Origin: Lama guanicoe
Lineage: Eukaryota
Length of the DNA: 64,000 bases
NCBI GenBank assembly: GCA_013239625.1
Contig: MU054220.1
Span: forward strand, 8,777,367-8,841,366
Direction of reading: 5' to 3'
In this document: positions 1 through 11,779 of the stretch, piece after piece
Layout: every line of letters begins with the position of its first letter
Numbering within the stretch: position 1 is the stretch's first letter
Program-made: the position numbers and the translations under genes
Notes under the pieces: model-generated
What the model was told of the DNA's origin: nothing
Databases searched by the model: none
The model's input: only the letters and a program-made list of their open reading frames with translations

Positions 1-1529
1 TCATCTGTGTCATTTTATGCTTAGTTCAAATACTTGTTGCTATGTGATTAGAGGTAACATATTTATTTACTTAATTCATTTAGTAAAATTTAACTATTAG
101 TCATGAAGAACCCTCTATACTAATGGAACTCCTTTGGCCCTCCATTTTGTGATGCTCACAGCCTCTAATTTTAGGTCACTGCAAATGTGCACACACAGTA
201 TTATCATTTCATTCTGTTTTCAAATGGCACAATCCATTCAAACGTTTTAAAAGTGTAATGTGAGTGTGTGTGTACATGAGTGTGTGTTTACGTAAGTGCG
301 TGTGTCCATGTGCACATGCCAACTATTAGTGCTAGAAAGAACATGCCTGACTAATGATCAAGTTTTTTTTTTTCTTTTCTTTTTGGTGTCATGGTGTCAC
401 AGGGTCCACTTTCATAGGAACAGGCATGATTACTATCCTCTGCCAAGTTTAGTACTAAGTTTATTTTCCTAAGTTTCTCCCAGAACCATTAATAGAACAT
501 TAAACAACAGCTCTGATCACACCTGAGCACAACTGGCTTGAATTTGCATTTACAACGTTTAAATAAATACATCACTGAATGTTTCCTGAGACTCCACCTG
601 TCCCCTCTCCTGTTTTTCTACAGAATTATTAGATGACTACAAATCATTCTACTATGCATTGCCCTTTAGTGTTTCATGTTGCTTCATAATCATCCTTACA
701 GATGCCTTTCTCAATGAGAGATGTATTCTTGTTTTCCAAAGTGATATAGAAAACAGTGAAATACTCAGAAGATAATTTCAAGACAGGTCTAACACAAAAA
801 GCAAAATTGGAGCTAATACTTTTTCCCATTTGGTACTCATAAGGGTAAAAAATATCTAATTCAAAATCCTTAAAAGTATAGATTCAGTTTTAATGCTAAT
901 TTAGTATGCTTACTAGCAGTCTTAAAACACTAAATTGATAATGAAACATGGTTTAGTTTTTTATTTTTAATTTGAAATTACTATATTAAAATAACCACAG
1001 TTAGTTTTGTTCATAATTAGTTTTAGAGGTAAAGGCAAGAAAATATCGGTTTATTGAGTACATTTATTTAGACTGTAGCCTTGGTGAAATATGATGTTCT
1101 TATAGTGGCAACTTTAATACTCAACTTATAACAACAATGAACTAAATATGGTTTTAAAAATAAATTAAAAAATTTAAAGCCACATGTTCTATTTAAGTTC
1201 TATTATTTTAATAATCCATTTTAATTTAAAAAAAAGTGGGCCTGGAGGATTTTCTAGATATTGCACTATAGCACCACTAAGACTTTTCAGGGTTACTAAC
1301 CCATCTATCCAAATAATTCATTGCCCACTTTGCAGTGCCATGACTCCGAGCTTATGTTATCAACATTTATGGCATGGAAGGCCAATGATTTTCTCATTTT
1401 TCTGTCAACTTGTAGTTTTTCTGGCAATTTCATTCATTTTGCACCTTGACGAAAGCAGAATTCTGATATTACATTCTGTTTAAAAACAACCACCCTACCA
1501 TCAAAAACTTGCAGCGAAATGTGAATTTA

Positions 1530-2200
1530 CTCCAGCAGTAAATCCACATCTTTTGGGGGAAGCTTACACTGTTTGGAGGGTCCTCTTCAAGAAAAAGAAT
1601 ATAAAATTTAGAAATAAAAAATCAGATACAAATGTAAATACATCATTTTTTTAAAAGAAGCAGGAAGTCACAATTATTGATTCAAAAGAACTTGAAAAAT
1701 ATCACAAATTTCACAAAATATATGTATTTATTCATAAACTGACACAAAGCTATGGTATTGATTTTCCCACATTCATGGACTAGATACTCTTCGTTTGCTC
1801 TTTCACTTGACAAAGATTTCATTATATCAATTTCCATAGAGAGATTAGAAAGATATTTAATCCTTTAGTGTAAATTTTCAGCAGGATTTTGCAGAGGGAG
1901 GACAACACACATCTGGTAGGGTCAGAGGCCATCCGGCTATGTAAAGACGTCATCATGCCCAGCAATAGCAGTAGACAGGCAACGGAAGTGATACACACTT
2001 AACAGCGTATCAGGATTACACACACACACACACACACACACGCACGTGCACGTGCACATACAGAATTTAAAATAAATATATCCCCAACTCGATTTCCTTT
2101 CATTTCGATCTCAGAAGTCCCTATGGCAACTCCACCAACACAGAACATAACAGGAACTGTGACAGAGGGGAAATCAGAGTGGAAAGAGTTTACTCTTTTA
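1530..2200. mobile_element. Degraded hAT-Tip100-like (Zaphod/Arthur-type) DNA transposon remnant
   Basis: Segments 'aagcttacactgtttggagggtcctcttcaagaaaaagaatataaaatt' and 'tgtgacagaggggaaatcagagtggaaagag' resemble mammalian hAT-Tip100 consensus as I recall it. No intact TIRs seen; boundaries approximate. Confidence 0.5.
2018..2061. repeat. (CA)n microsatellite running into cgcacgtgcacgtgcacatac (alternating purine-pyrimidine tract)
   Basis: Directly visible. Confidence 0.95.
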
Positions 2201-4759
2201 ACCAACTGCTATTAAAGGTCTTACCTTTGTAAATTGATAACAACAACCACCCACACAATTTTGTGAACATATTACTAGGGTCCCTTCCAGGCCTTGGCAG
2301 GCATCAGGGTGGCTGAGGTGTCCTGAGTCTAAACCTTCATTCCCCATTATGGAAAATCCATCTCTGAATGTCTGTGTATTGTCAACAGTTCCAACTCTTT
2401 TATCATCTTCTCTGTTTACAATAGGGCCTCCCACAAAACTTTCCAGACTCTTCCAATATTCCACTTCATACGTTAATATTCCTTCCCCCTCTCCCCACAC
2501 AAAAAACATGTACTGATCTTTAAATGTGCTAACTACTCTCAAATATCTCTCTGATTGTCAATGCTGTTTCCTTTAACTGATTCTGCCCTAGTCTTCAAGG
2601 ACTGTTTCCATAAAATCTATTTTATTCATTATAGTATGAAGTAATGTCTTTATCCCTTTGACACAGAGATTAAACCCTTATCAAATATTATATTGTTATT
2701 TAGACCACATTTATTAGAGTGACTGTCATACATATATTATTTAAACTCTCCCAGACTGGTTTTGAAACTGATTATTCTTTAAATTCCTCTAAAAGACTTA
2801 GGAGACAGTGAACAAAGTTTTGATTCAATGAACATGATAAATTTGCCAGTCTAGTTAATTCAGAGTGAAAAATATTTTATGTCCTGCAAATTCTGGTTTG
2901 TGTGTATTGTCTTTAACAAAAAAAGAAAGAAAGAAAGAAAAATAGATAAATGGACATTATCTGTCTACATCTGGAACTAATAGTCAAAAACGTATTTTAT
3001 TTCTGTGCACCTTCTCCTAGTTGTCCCAAATTGGAAATAAGGTCTTTTGATAATCAAATGGGAAGAAGCATTTGTGCACTTCTGGGGTTTCTAATGTATT
3101 TCACATATCTGGGCAATTACTAGTCATTCAAATAGAAAATAAAATGCACACAGATGAGAGGAGAATTGGCTTCTGTGTGTTTCTAATGCTTTACAGAGCA
3201 TGACATATCAGAGAGACCACAGTTAGATTTTATTTCCATACTTTTCTGCACAGTTTCGTCAGATCCCAAGAAAGTGAGCTGTAGGGTGGAAAAGCAGATG
3301 GAAGGGGAGGACTGTGCTGCCAGGTGTGGTGGAGAGGTGCGGCCAGCACAGCAGAATCCACTCTCCCCAGGGCCTTTTCTCCTAACATTTTCATTTTCAC
3401 TTGAAGGACAGCAAAGCTGAACAGCGACTTTAGTCTAGGATGCCTTCAACCAAGATGTGGGAGCCTTTATTAGCATTTTTATAGCTACCCACTAGATGTT
3501 TGCATGAATATAAAGTTAAAGGATGTTGAAGTCAAATTTTCTCCCAAGAAACCAGACACGTACTTTGAACCAGTACCCTAACGGCTTAGCTAGGAACATT
3601 TGACGTTGTAAAGAATGCGTATTTACTTCTAGCTGAGTATCTGAATTGCATGGTTACTTTTTGTTCTTATTTGAAAGAAACAATTTTATAAGGGCACAGC
3701 ACAATTTAAAGGTGCTTACCTTTATCAAAATAGAGCCAATACACAGTCTGAGAACCCCATAGAATAACATGCCCTCATATGTATCTTTTTTATAAAAAAT
3801 AAGAGCTCCATCTGAAATAGTGTATATTAAATGATCTGTGCCTTCCAAGCTGTGCTGGATCAGCTTAAAATACTTCCACACATTACTTTTCCTCTCCACT
3901 ACTTAGGTTAGACCTTTTGCTTCACCACAGAACCAGCGGTCTGTAACAAATGACAAACAGAGAAGAGGAAAAGGCCCAGAATGTCTCAGATATAAAGGAG
4001 AATGATTGGTTTCACTACCCTTCTCCCAGCTTTGGTAGACAGAGTCTGTCTCCAATACAAATTTCATTGTCTAAGCTAGTTTCTGTTTCCCCTTCCCTAT
4101 TCACTGACAAATCTATGCTCTTTGAATCTTGTTACTTAGGGCTACCAATTATGGCTTTTCACATAGGTCTTTTATCTTTAAAGAGTCTTATTGTCTAATA
4201 ATTTCCTATTTCTATCTCTATATTTTTAGCAAGAATCAGGCTGGTACAGGCAATTTAAGCACTTACCTGGATGTGGCTGATTCAGCCTTCTAGTCCACTG
4301 AGATGGGAAGGAATTTCAGCTAACTTCGGTCAACCTGGATTAGGATTTAGGGATTTGGGTGGTGATGGTGGTGGAGGGGGGACATGATGGGAGTGACTCC
4401 AGCATGTTTTTAGTGAAAAAAGTGCAGAACCAAGGATAATTCACGTATCTTGTTATTGGCAAACCTTAGTCTACATAAAGCTCACCACATATGAGAATAT
4501 GTTGAAATGTTTTAAAAATAGGCACCTCCTATTACTGAAGCATAATTACTGAAATGTAATAGGAGGTGCACATTTTTCTGAAGATTTCAAGGTAGAGCAT
4601 AAATAAGGAAATAATATTTTATACGGAACAAGTTAATTTTATAAAATATCTTCTTTATTGTCTTATCATCACCTAAGAAAAAGTTATGCTTTGTGGAAAA
4701 CTAATTATATAGGATGCTGAGAGTGGCTGAGTTAAAGAACAAACAAACAAACAAAAACC

Positions 4760-6160
4760 AAAATGAAGATGTTGCTACATTCAGGAAATGATAGCAAGAA
4801 GAGGTGAGTAAATCCTTTCCCCCCTCATACAAGTATAAAACAGGACAAAATTCTCAAAGACAGCAAATGTAGGGCTCTGGAAATCAGCCAAAAGAAAGCA
4901 GCCAATGGAGGAGCATTTATTAATGAAAAACTTCTAGAAATGTGAGTAAGAACAATGAGAATTTATAGCTTTCTTGCCTAGGTATGATCCAAACCCCACC
5001 CCTTAGCTTGTTGGCAGAAATGGTGGTTTTGCCAGAGCAAGTCTGGCTATGAAAACCAAAACGTCTGCTGCCAGAGTGGGCAGTGTAGACTGGGTGTAGT
5101 AAGAGAAAAAACGGAAGAAAAATATTTGAAGAAATAATGACCTAAGGCTTCCCAATTATGATAAAAAAATAGCAATCCAAGATAAACAGGCAGAAGGAAT
5201 TCCAAGAAGGATAAACACAAAGAGACACCCACCTAGACACATCATCATCAAAGTACTGAACGCTGAAGACCAAGAAGTCCTGAAAGTAATGAGTCAAAAA
5301 CAAGCCGTCACTACAGGAGATTAACAACGTGGTTAGCAACTGACTTCTCAACACAAACAAGGGTGGCTAGATGGCAGTAGAACGACATATTCAAACTGCT
5401 GAAAGGAAAAACAAAACTTGTCAATAAACTATTCTATGTTTATCAAAACTATCCATCAAAATCAAAGGCCGAATTAAGACATTCCCAGAAATACAAAAGC
5501 TGAGAGAATTTATTGCCAGTACACGTGCTCTACAAGTAATACTGAAGAAGGGCTTCAGGTTAAAAGAAATTGATACCACAGAATAAATCAAATGTATAGG
5601 AAGAAATGAAGAGTGGAAATAATTGTAAAGATATGGGCTTTAATAAGTCTGCATTAATATATACGTATCTTTTCTTCTCTTAGTTTCTTTAAAAACATAG
5701 GAATGTATAAAATAACAAAATGAATATAAAACTATAGTATTTAGTTTTACCATAAGTGTTCTATATATGGCAATCATAAACAGTGGGGGGGGGGAATGGA
5801 CTTATTTAGGAGAAAATTTCCTATTTTTTATAAAATTTAAGTCATTAGAAACATGAAGTAGATTATGATAAATTAAAATGTATTTTATAGGTACTGGAAT
5901 GACCAGAAGAAAAATAACTAAAACATTTAAATATCAAAAAAAAAAGAATAGCAAAATGGTATTACATAAATAATAACTTTTTGTGTGACTGGACCAGACT
6001 CTCCAATCAAAATGTAGAGACTGTCAGACTGGATGAAAAACAAAATCCAGCTACATGATGGCTATAAGGAAAACTCTAGATCCAAAGGCATAAACAGGTA
6101 GAAAGTAACAGTACTGAAAGAAATACACCAAGCAAACAATATCCATAAAGAGCATGGATG
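4760..6160 (+). mobile_element. Old L1 (L1M-type): 5' region, ORF1 C-terminal half, spacer and start of ORF2 endonuclease; disabled
   Basis: 5431-5547 translates to ILCLSKLSIKIKGRIKTFPEIQKLREFIASTRALQVILK, like the L1 ORF1p C-terminal domain. ~5990-6080 resembles the ORF2 N-terminus (SPIK..RLSDW). Confidence 0.85.
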
Positions 6161-6162
6161 GG

Positions 6163-6390
6163 TCAGCTAACTCAAATCTGTGGTTGAGCCTGTCCAGTGA
6201 ATTTTTAATCTCCCATTCAAGTAATTGTAATTTTCAACCTCAGAATTTCCACTTCGTTCTTGATTCGTCTGTCTCTTTATTAATGCTTCCGATTTGCTGT
6301 CATACTTCTCCTTAATTTCTTAAACACAGTTTATTTTCGTTCTTTGAACATGTTTATAATAGATACTTTGAAATACTTCTCTGCCAAATC
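6163..6390 (-). mobile_element. Inverted L1 ORF1 N-terminal/coiled-coil fragment
   Basis: The reverse complement encodes DLAEKYFKVSIINMFKE and, after frameshifts, EILRLK..IKNSLDRLNHRFELA, typical of the L1M ORF1p coiled coil. Confidence 0.75.
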
Positions 6391-6399
6391 ATGCTTTAA

Positions 6400-6560
6400 C
6401 ACTTGCTCAATGGGTAGATTTAATGAAACTCAGTTCCCTTCACTGTAAAATGGAGAAAAAGCAGACACTTTCTTATGAAGTTGCCATGTCATGAAGTCAC
6501 TGAATGAATGTAAAATGTTTGGCACATAATATCCTCAGTAAAATATTAACTATTAGCTAT
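6400..6560 (+). mobile_element. MIR SINE fragment
   Basis: MIR core 'ctcagttcccttcactgtaaaatggag' and 3' 'ttggcacataatatcctcagtaaaatattaactatt'. Confidence 0.75.
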
Positions 6561-7609
6561 TACCACTCATCACTAACACCTACACACTAATACCACTTAC
6601 CGCACGTGTTTGTTAATAACATTTAAGACTCTCAAGAGTCTTTATATTGTAAATGGAAATTTTAAGATGGATGAAATAAAATGCAGTCCTGCTTCTTCTC
6701 ACATAACTTCCAGCATATGTGTTTGTACCGCTCTACTTACTGAAAAAAGCACACCGACAAAATTACACCCAAAACCCTTTTATATTAAGCATTCAAGAAA
6801 GAAATTACTGAGTGGGAAGCCTGTAATTATCTCTACTAAGAAAGCCACTTGAAATTTCTCTAACTGAAATTTTCTCTCCCAGCGTCAGCTTTAAAAATGT
6901 CGATGAAGAATTTTCATTTGTTGGCAATATAACCCAATTAAGATACAACATTAATAATTACGAAAAATTGTCACAATTGGAAAACTTTCTCGCCTGAATT
7001 ACAAATACCTTCCTGAAATGTGTCATTTCATTTCCAGTATATAATACAGTGAAAGGCGAAAGCTTTTTCATTTTTGTGCTTTGCATGAAATAATAAGCAT
7101 TAACAAATGGGAGAGATCTTGAAAACTAGTGAGCTCACAAAAAGCAACATTTGAGGTTTAGATAACAGAAAATTTTGTGTTTGATCCAGCCTGGTATCTA
7201 TTTCCAACAGACTTAAAGAAAAGCAAGGGCATCAAAGGTCGAAGTGGTCTCCCTCAAGGAGCCTATGACTCATGCATCTGAAAGCACATAGTGGGACCTT
7301 TCCACCCACCAAAGGATATTCTGTTTCCAAAAGGGATGCCACATTTTGCTGCCCTTCCCATACAAAGCAAAGTGTAAAGATGGTAAGATAATGGAAAGGA
7401 AACTAAACTCAAGAGGCATCTTACTCCTCATCTCTTCTATGACCAGTATCATAATTATCAGAGCATCACTTCAACTCTCTATAAAATATACCAGGGGGGC
7501 TGCTTTAGAGCAAGTTTTGTGTTTATTTTGTCTGTCTTTTGCTGTTATTGTTTTATAGCTATACATTGAAATTATAAATGGAATATTTTAATATAATATT
7601 TTAGGAACA

Positions 7610-7970
7610 CAGGCATAGCCTTGGCAGGGGAGAAGGAGGGATGAATAGGTGGGGCACACAGGGTTTTTAGGGCAGTGAAGCTCTTGTATATGATACTATA
7701 ATGGTGAGTACATGTCATTATAAATCCATCAAAACCTATAGAATGTAAAACGCCAAGAGTGAACCCTAAGGTGAACTATGGACATTGGATGATAACGATA
7801 TGTTAATGTAGTTCATCCATGGTAACAAATGTACCACTCTGGTGCAGGATGCTGATAGAGGAGAAGGCTGTGCCTGTTTAGGAACAAGGAATTTACGGAA
7901 ACTCTCTGTACTTTCTGCTCAATGTTGCTGTGAACCTAAAACTGCTCTAGAAAATAAAGTTCATTTAAAA
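7610..7970 (+). mobile_element. L1MC-like LINE-1 3' end
   Basis: 'aaaacctatagaatgtaaaacgccaagagtgaaccctaaggtgaactatggac...ttgctgtgaacctaaaactgctctagaaaataaagt', ending with AATAAA and a short A tail. Confidence 0.9.
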
Positions 7971-8289
7971 GGCAGAAACATCTTAAACTTTAAAATGTGG
8001 TCAGAGGTTTCAGCAAGTAAGTGCCAATAAAAGGGACTGTTGAGTTTCTTGGGCTTTTTGCAAAATACCTCACAAGCAGGCAAATATAGCAAATGTGTTA
8101 GGTATAAAAAGACTAAAGCATAAAGAAGAAAACAAACTGACATAATGAAACTTGAAAGAAAGGCTGCTATAAACAACCCGTATTCCCCTGAGTTGTGTCC
8201 CATGTTATAATTAAAGCAACATAAAAATTCTCTGTGAATATGGACGAGGACCAGGAAAACGGAGGGATGTTACAGGACTGGCATGTTTA

Positions 8290-8780
8290 GATGTGGTGAA
8301 CTTGAAGCACGCCACTCTTAATTCCTACTTGGCTACTAAAACGCTGTACGCCCTCACACAGGACTCTGCACTTCTTTGGGGCTCAATTTCCTTATCTGCA
8401 AAAATGAGGGAGTTGAAAGCTTGAATAAAATTAATGTTCCTTCCAAGGCTCCAATAAAACAGTAAATACATGTGTCCCCACGCTCAGAGCTGGGTAGCCT
8501 GAAGCACCCATTATAAATCCAAAACTTTTTGAAGTCTCAAATTTTTGTCATAAAGTTCCATGTCCTCGTATATGAATTCTGTATCAATAAAGCTGTTTAG
8601 AGAAAAACAGCCCTGGTAGCACCAACCAGAAGCGTGTTTTTTTTTTACCCTGCTCTGCCACTAAAAAGTAGGTTACAAGATGCTCAGTGCCTTAGCTTCC
8701 CCATTAGTAAAAGGATGATAAATAATAGTACCTACCTCATGAGTGACTCTTGACAATACAGAGGAAGCACTAAAACCGAC
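8290..8780 (+). mobile_element. Two degraded MIR fragments (~8290-8450 and ~8600-8780)
   Basis: Cores 'gggctcaatttccttatctgcaaaaatgagg' and 'gccttagcttccccattagtaaaaggatgataaataatagtacctacctcat'. Confidence 0.7.
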
Positions 8781-9934
8781 AGCCATTGTTATTCATTGTT
8801 ACCCTTTTATGACAGATCATGATTTTGCAGCTTTTTATGAACTGCCTTATTTTCTCCTTGTTGTCAAGACCCCTTATCAAAAGTGTTCACCACTCTTGTT
8901 TGCTCAAACAATATTTTAAAAAATTCTAACAATAAATATTTGAAGACTATTGTGCATGTTTATATTACTCACATACAGTACACACAAAAGATTTGCACAC
9001 TATAAATATGTATTTGCTTCCAAAATAGCATTTTTGTGTTGGAGACAAGGTTAAATTTGTTCTTCATTAAAAAAAAAAAGTAATTACAAAACATCTGGAA
9101 AAAGGAATCCATGCAGTATTGTTAAAAGACAGGAAAAATCAACCTTTTTAGTAGAAGCTCAGATTTCCTAACCTATATACCAGTTTGTCAAATGTTTTGT
9201 ATCAGTTAACACTACCAATAATAAGCATTAAACATATAACATTAATTTTTCTGGGTTTTTGTATTGCATGTATCTAGCAAATTAAACAATTGTGTATTTA
9301 CTATGTATACACTAGGAGATAGGATTAGAATGCATCTAGCATATAATACTGGAATTGTAGACAGAAATTATGATAAACTTCATGACTTTTAAAATGCTGC
9401 CTTTGCTGTGGCTTTTTTCTTTTTCTTTTCTTCTTTATAAAGCTCATTTCACCTTATGGCTCGACTAGTCTCTTTGGAAATATAGACTCAACATCTAAAA
9501 GAAAAACAATTAAGAGTATTTATTCTAGAAAGCAGAGTCTAGAAAGGGAAACATTTTTTCTGCTCTAACTTTTAGCTCTTAGGGTTTTCTTATGATTGAT
9601 TTACACCTGAATATTTGAAAAATTGATTGTGTGGATAATTTAAGAGGATGAAAAGCATGAAATTTCTAGTAAGGTGAGGTCAATCCATCTTGAGCGCTTT
9701 TTAAAGAAGAAGTAGAAATATTTGCAGCAAAATTTTAAAATGACAGCCTTTTGTGTTTTTTTTTCTTTTTAAAGAATAGAGATGAAACTAAAAATTAAAA
9801 TTGAGTTTCGTATCATAATTCAGGCAAATGGAAAAAGAGATTATAGTTACATGTTTAAATTATTTATTTTTTTTTAAATGAACCACTATTTTTATGAACT
9901 ATCCCTCTGTATGCCTAATAAACAAATTTTATCT

Positions 9935-10660
9935 GAGAACGGCCACGGAAGTCCAAGTTGGAGTGCAGGAAAATATAATACAGTGAAGCTTCAGGGAGGG
10001 AAAGCAAAGTCAATGAGCCTTGCAATCATCTCAGGTGATTCCAGGCTACAGTGTGTGGTGGGAGAAGCCAGACAAAGCCTGGTGATCTCCAGAAGTCAAA
10101 GGTGGATCTGGGAGTTTGGAGAACCAGGATATCTACTAGCGACAGCTTGCAGGGCATGGTGCAAATGGGGAGAGCGCTGCAGAAAGAGAGAACACTGGGC
10201 ATTGGCAGAGAAATCTTGTTGCTTTTTCAGATGAGTACATGCTGTCACGGGCATGAGAGAAAATCATCTACAAAGTTCACACACCAGCCCTGTTTCCACT
10301 AGCCACAGCAAATCACCTTGTAATTCTTGGGGCACAAAACAAGAGTAGTGGGGAAAAATCAGTCCTAGACTAAAAGTCATTCAGATCTTGTCTAAGAAAG
10401 TACAAGAATAAGCCTTGAAAGAATCAAACTATTTCTACTTCACTATGTCCCACAATACAGTTTAAGATATTTATAGGAATGTAAAAAAGTCCAGCACCTA
10501 ACAAGATAAAATCATGTCTTACATTTAATTAAAACTTTCCAGGTATGCAAAAAAGAAGGTACTACGGATCATTTGTAGGAGAAAATTCAGTAAATAGAAT
10601 GACACAGATGACAGAATTTGTGGACGAAGATTTTGAAAAAGTTATTATAACTACCTTTTA
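9935..10660 (+). mobile_element. Old L1M 5' region / pre-ORF1 fragment
   Basis: 'agccttgaaagaatcaaactattt', 'aaagtccagcacctaacaagataaaatc' and 'cagatgacagaatttgtggacgaagattttgaaaaagttattataac' are typical of ancient L1 5' ends. Confidence 0.6.
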
Positions 10661-10975
10661 GATAGAGACACAGTGCCTTCCGATGGAGCAAAAGATGGGC
10701 ATGCTTACTGCTCATGAGAAGAGACCCAAGCTCCCTTAGATCAGTGCCTCCTCTATGATGCATCTTACTGCATGCACGCATCCATTTGGCCCCATCTGCA
10801 TCACTCTTATGGGACTGAGGGGCGAGGAGAACTGACACAAATATGCCAACATTCATGCTGCCTGTATCTTTGACCCGGCAGTCTCTATCTATTGCCAGCC
10901 TTCATGAAAACTTGGACATCCTGACTTGCTAGCTTGTAAGTGAGGTAAAGTCTCAGACTCTTTCATCGGTCTCCA
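10660..10975 (+). mobile_element. ERVL-type LTR fragment (MER68/MER77-like), 3' part
   Basis: Terminal 'gacttgctagcttgtaagtgaggtaaagtctcagactctttca' resembles this LTR group; local GC rise. Confidence 0.55.
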
Positions 10976-11431
10976 TATAATTTTCTATATTCTAAAAAAA
11001 AAAATCATAGCAATGAGTCTATAAATCTTCTGTGTTTTAGCTTGTGGGCTTTGTCAGTCTGGGGGTGTTCATCTTTTTTATACTGGAAAATATACCTCCA
11101 TTAACTTTGTAAACACTTCCTTCTATCCGTATTTATTTTCCTATATGCTACAACTATTATTATTCAGATATTTGCAATCCTATCTCTCTCCTTCCTATCT
11201 GTTACATTTTCTTTTATATTTTATATTTTACCCTTAAGTGCTACTTTATAGAACTTTTCAAAATAGTCTCCTAATCTACTAATTCACCCTTTCGTCACAT
11301 CTTTTTACTCTGCATTCCATGTTTTGTGTTCTTTATATCAACTTGTATGTTCCATGCATAATATTTTTATTTGGTTTCATCATAATGGCATCTTGCTTTT
11401 GTTTTCTATTACAAATAGCTTCCTTTACTTT

Positions 11432-11774
11432 TGTACTGGGGTTCTCCAAATATTCTGACTGGATCTGGAAATTCCAAAATACATAGGGCAGGACAGCAGG
11501 CTGGAAATTTTCCTAAGAGTTGATGCTGCACTCTTGAGTCCAAAGGTGGTCTGGAGGCAGAATCCTCTCCCCTTGAGGAAACTTGGTTGTTTCTCTTAAG
11601 ACCTTCAACTGACTGAGATCCACTCAATTGTAAAGGGTAATATGGTTAATTCAAAGTCTACTGATCAAAATATTAATGACAGCTAAAACCAATACCATTA
11701 CATGTAGACTGCTTATGACCAAACAACTGGGCACCACAGCCTAGCCATACTGATGCATGAAATTAACCATCATA
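11432..11774 (-). mobile_element. MLT2 (ERVL) LTR, internally deleted
   Basis: Begins 'tgtactggggttctcca' and ends 'tgaaattaaccatcat'; internal 'ctggaggcagaatcctctcc...ttaagaccttcaactgact'. Confidence 0.9.
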
Positions 11775-11779
11775 ATCCC

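Noticed and set aside
2198..2542. 114-aa minus-strand ORF with protein-like composition
   Set aside because: TTG start, no family I recognise, and no convincing splice boundaries.
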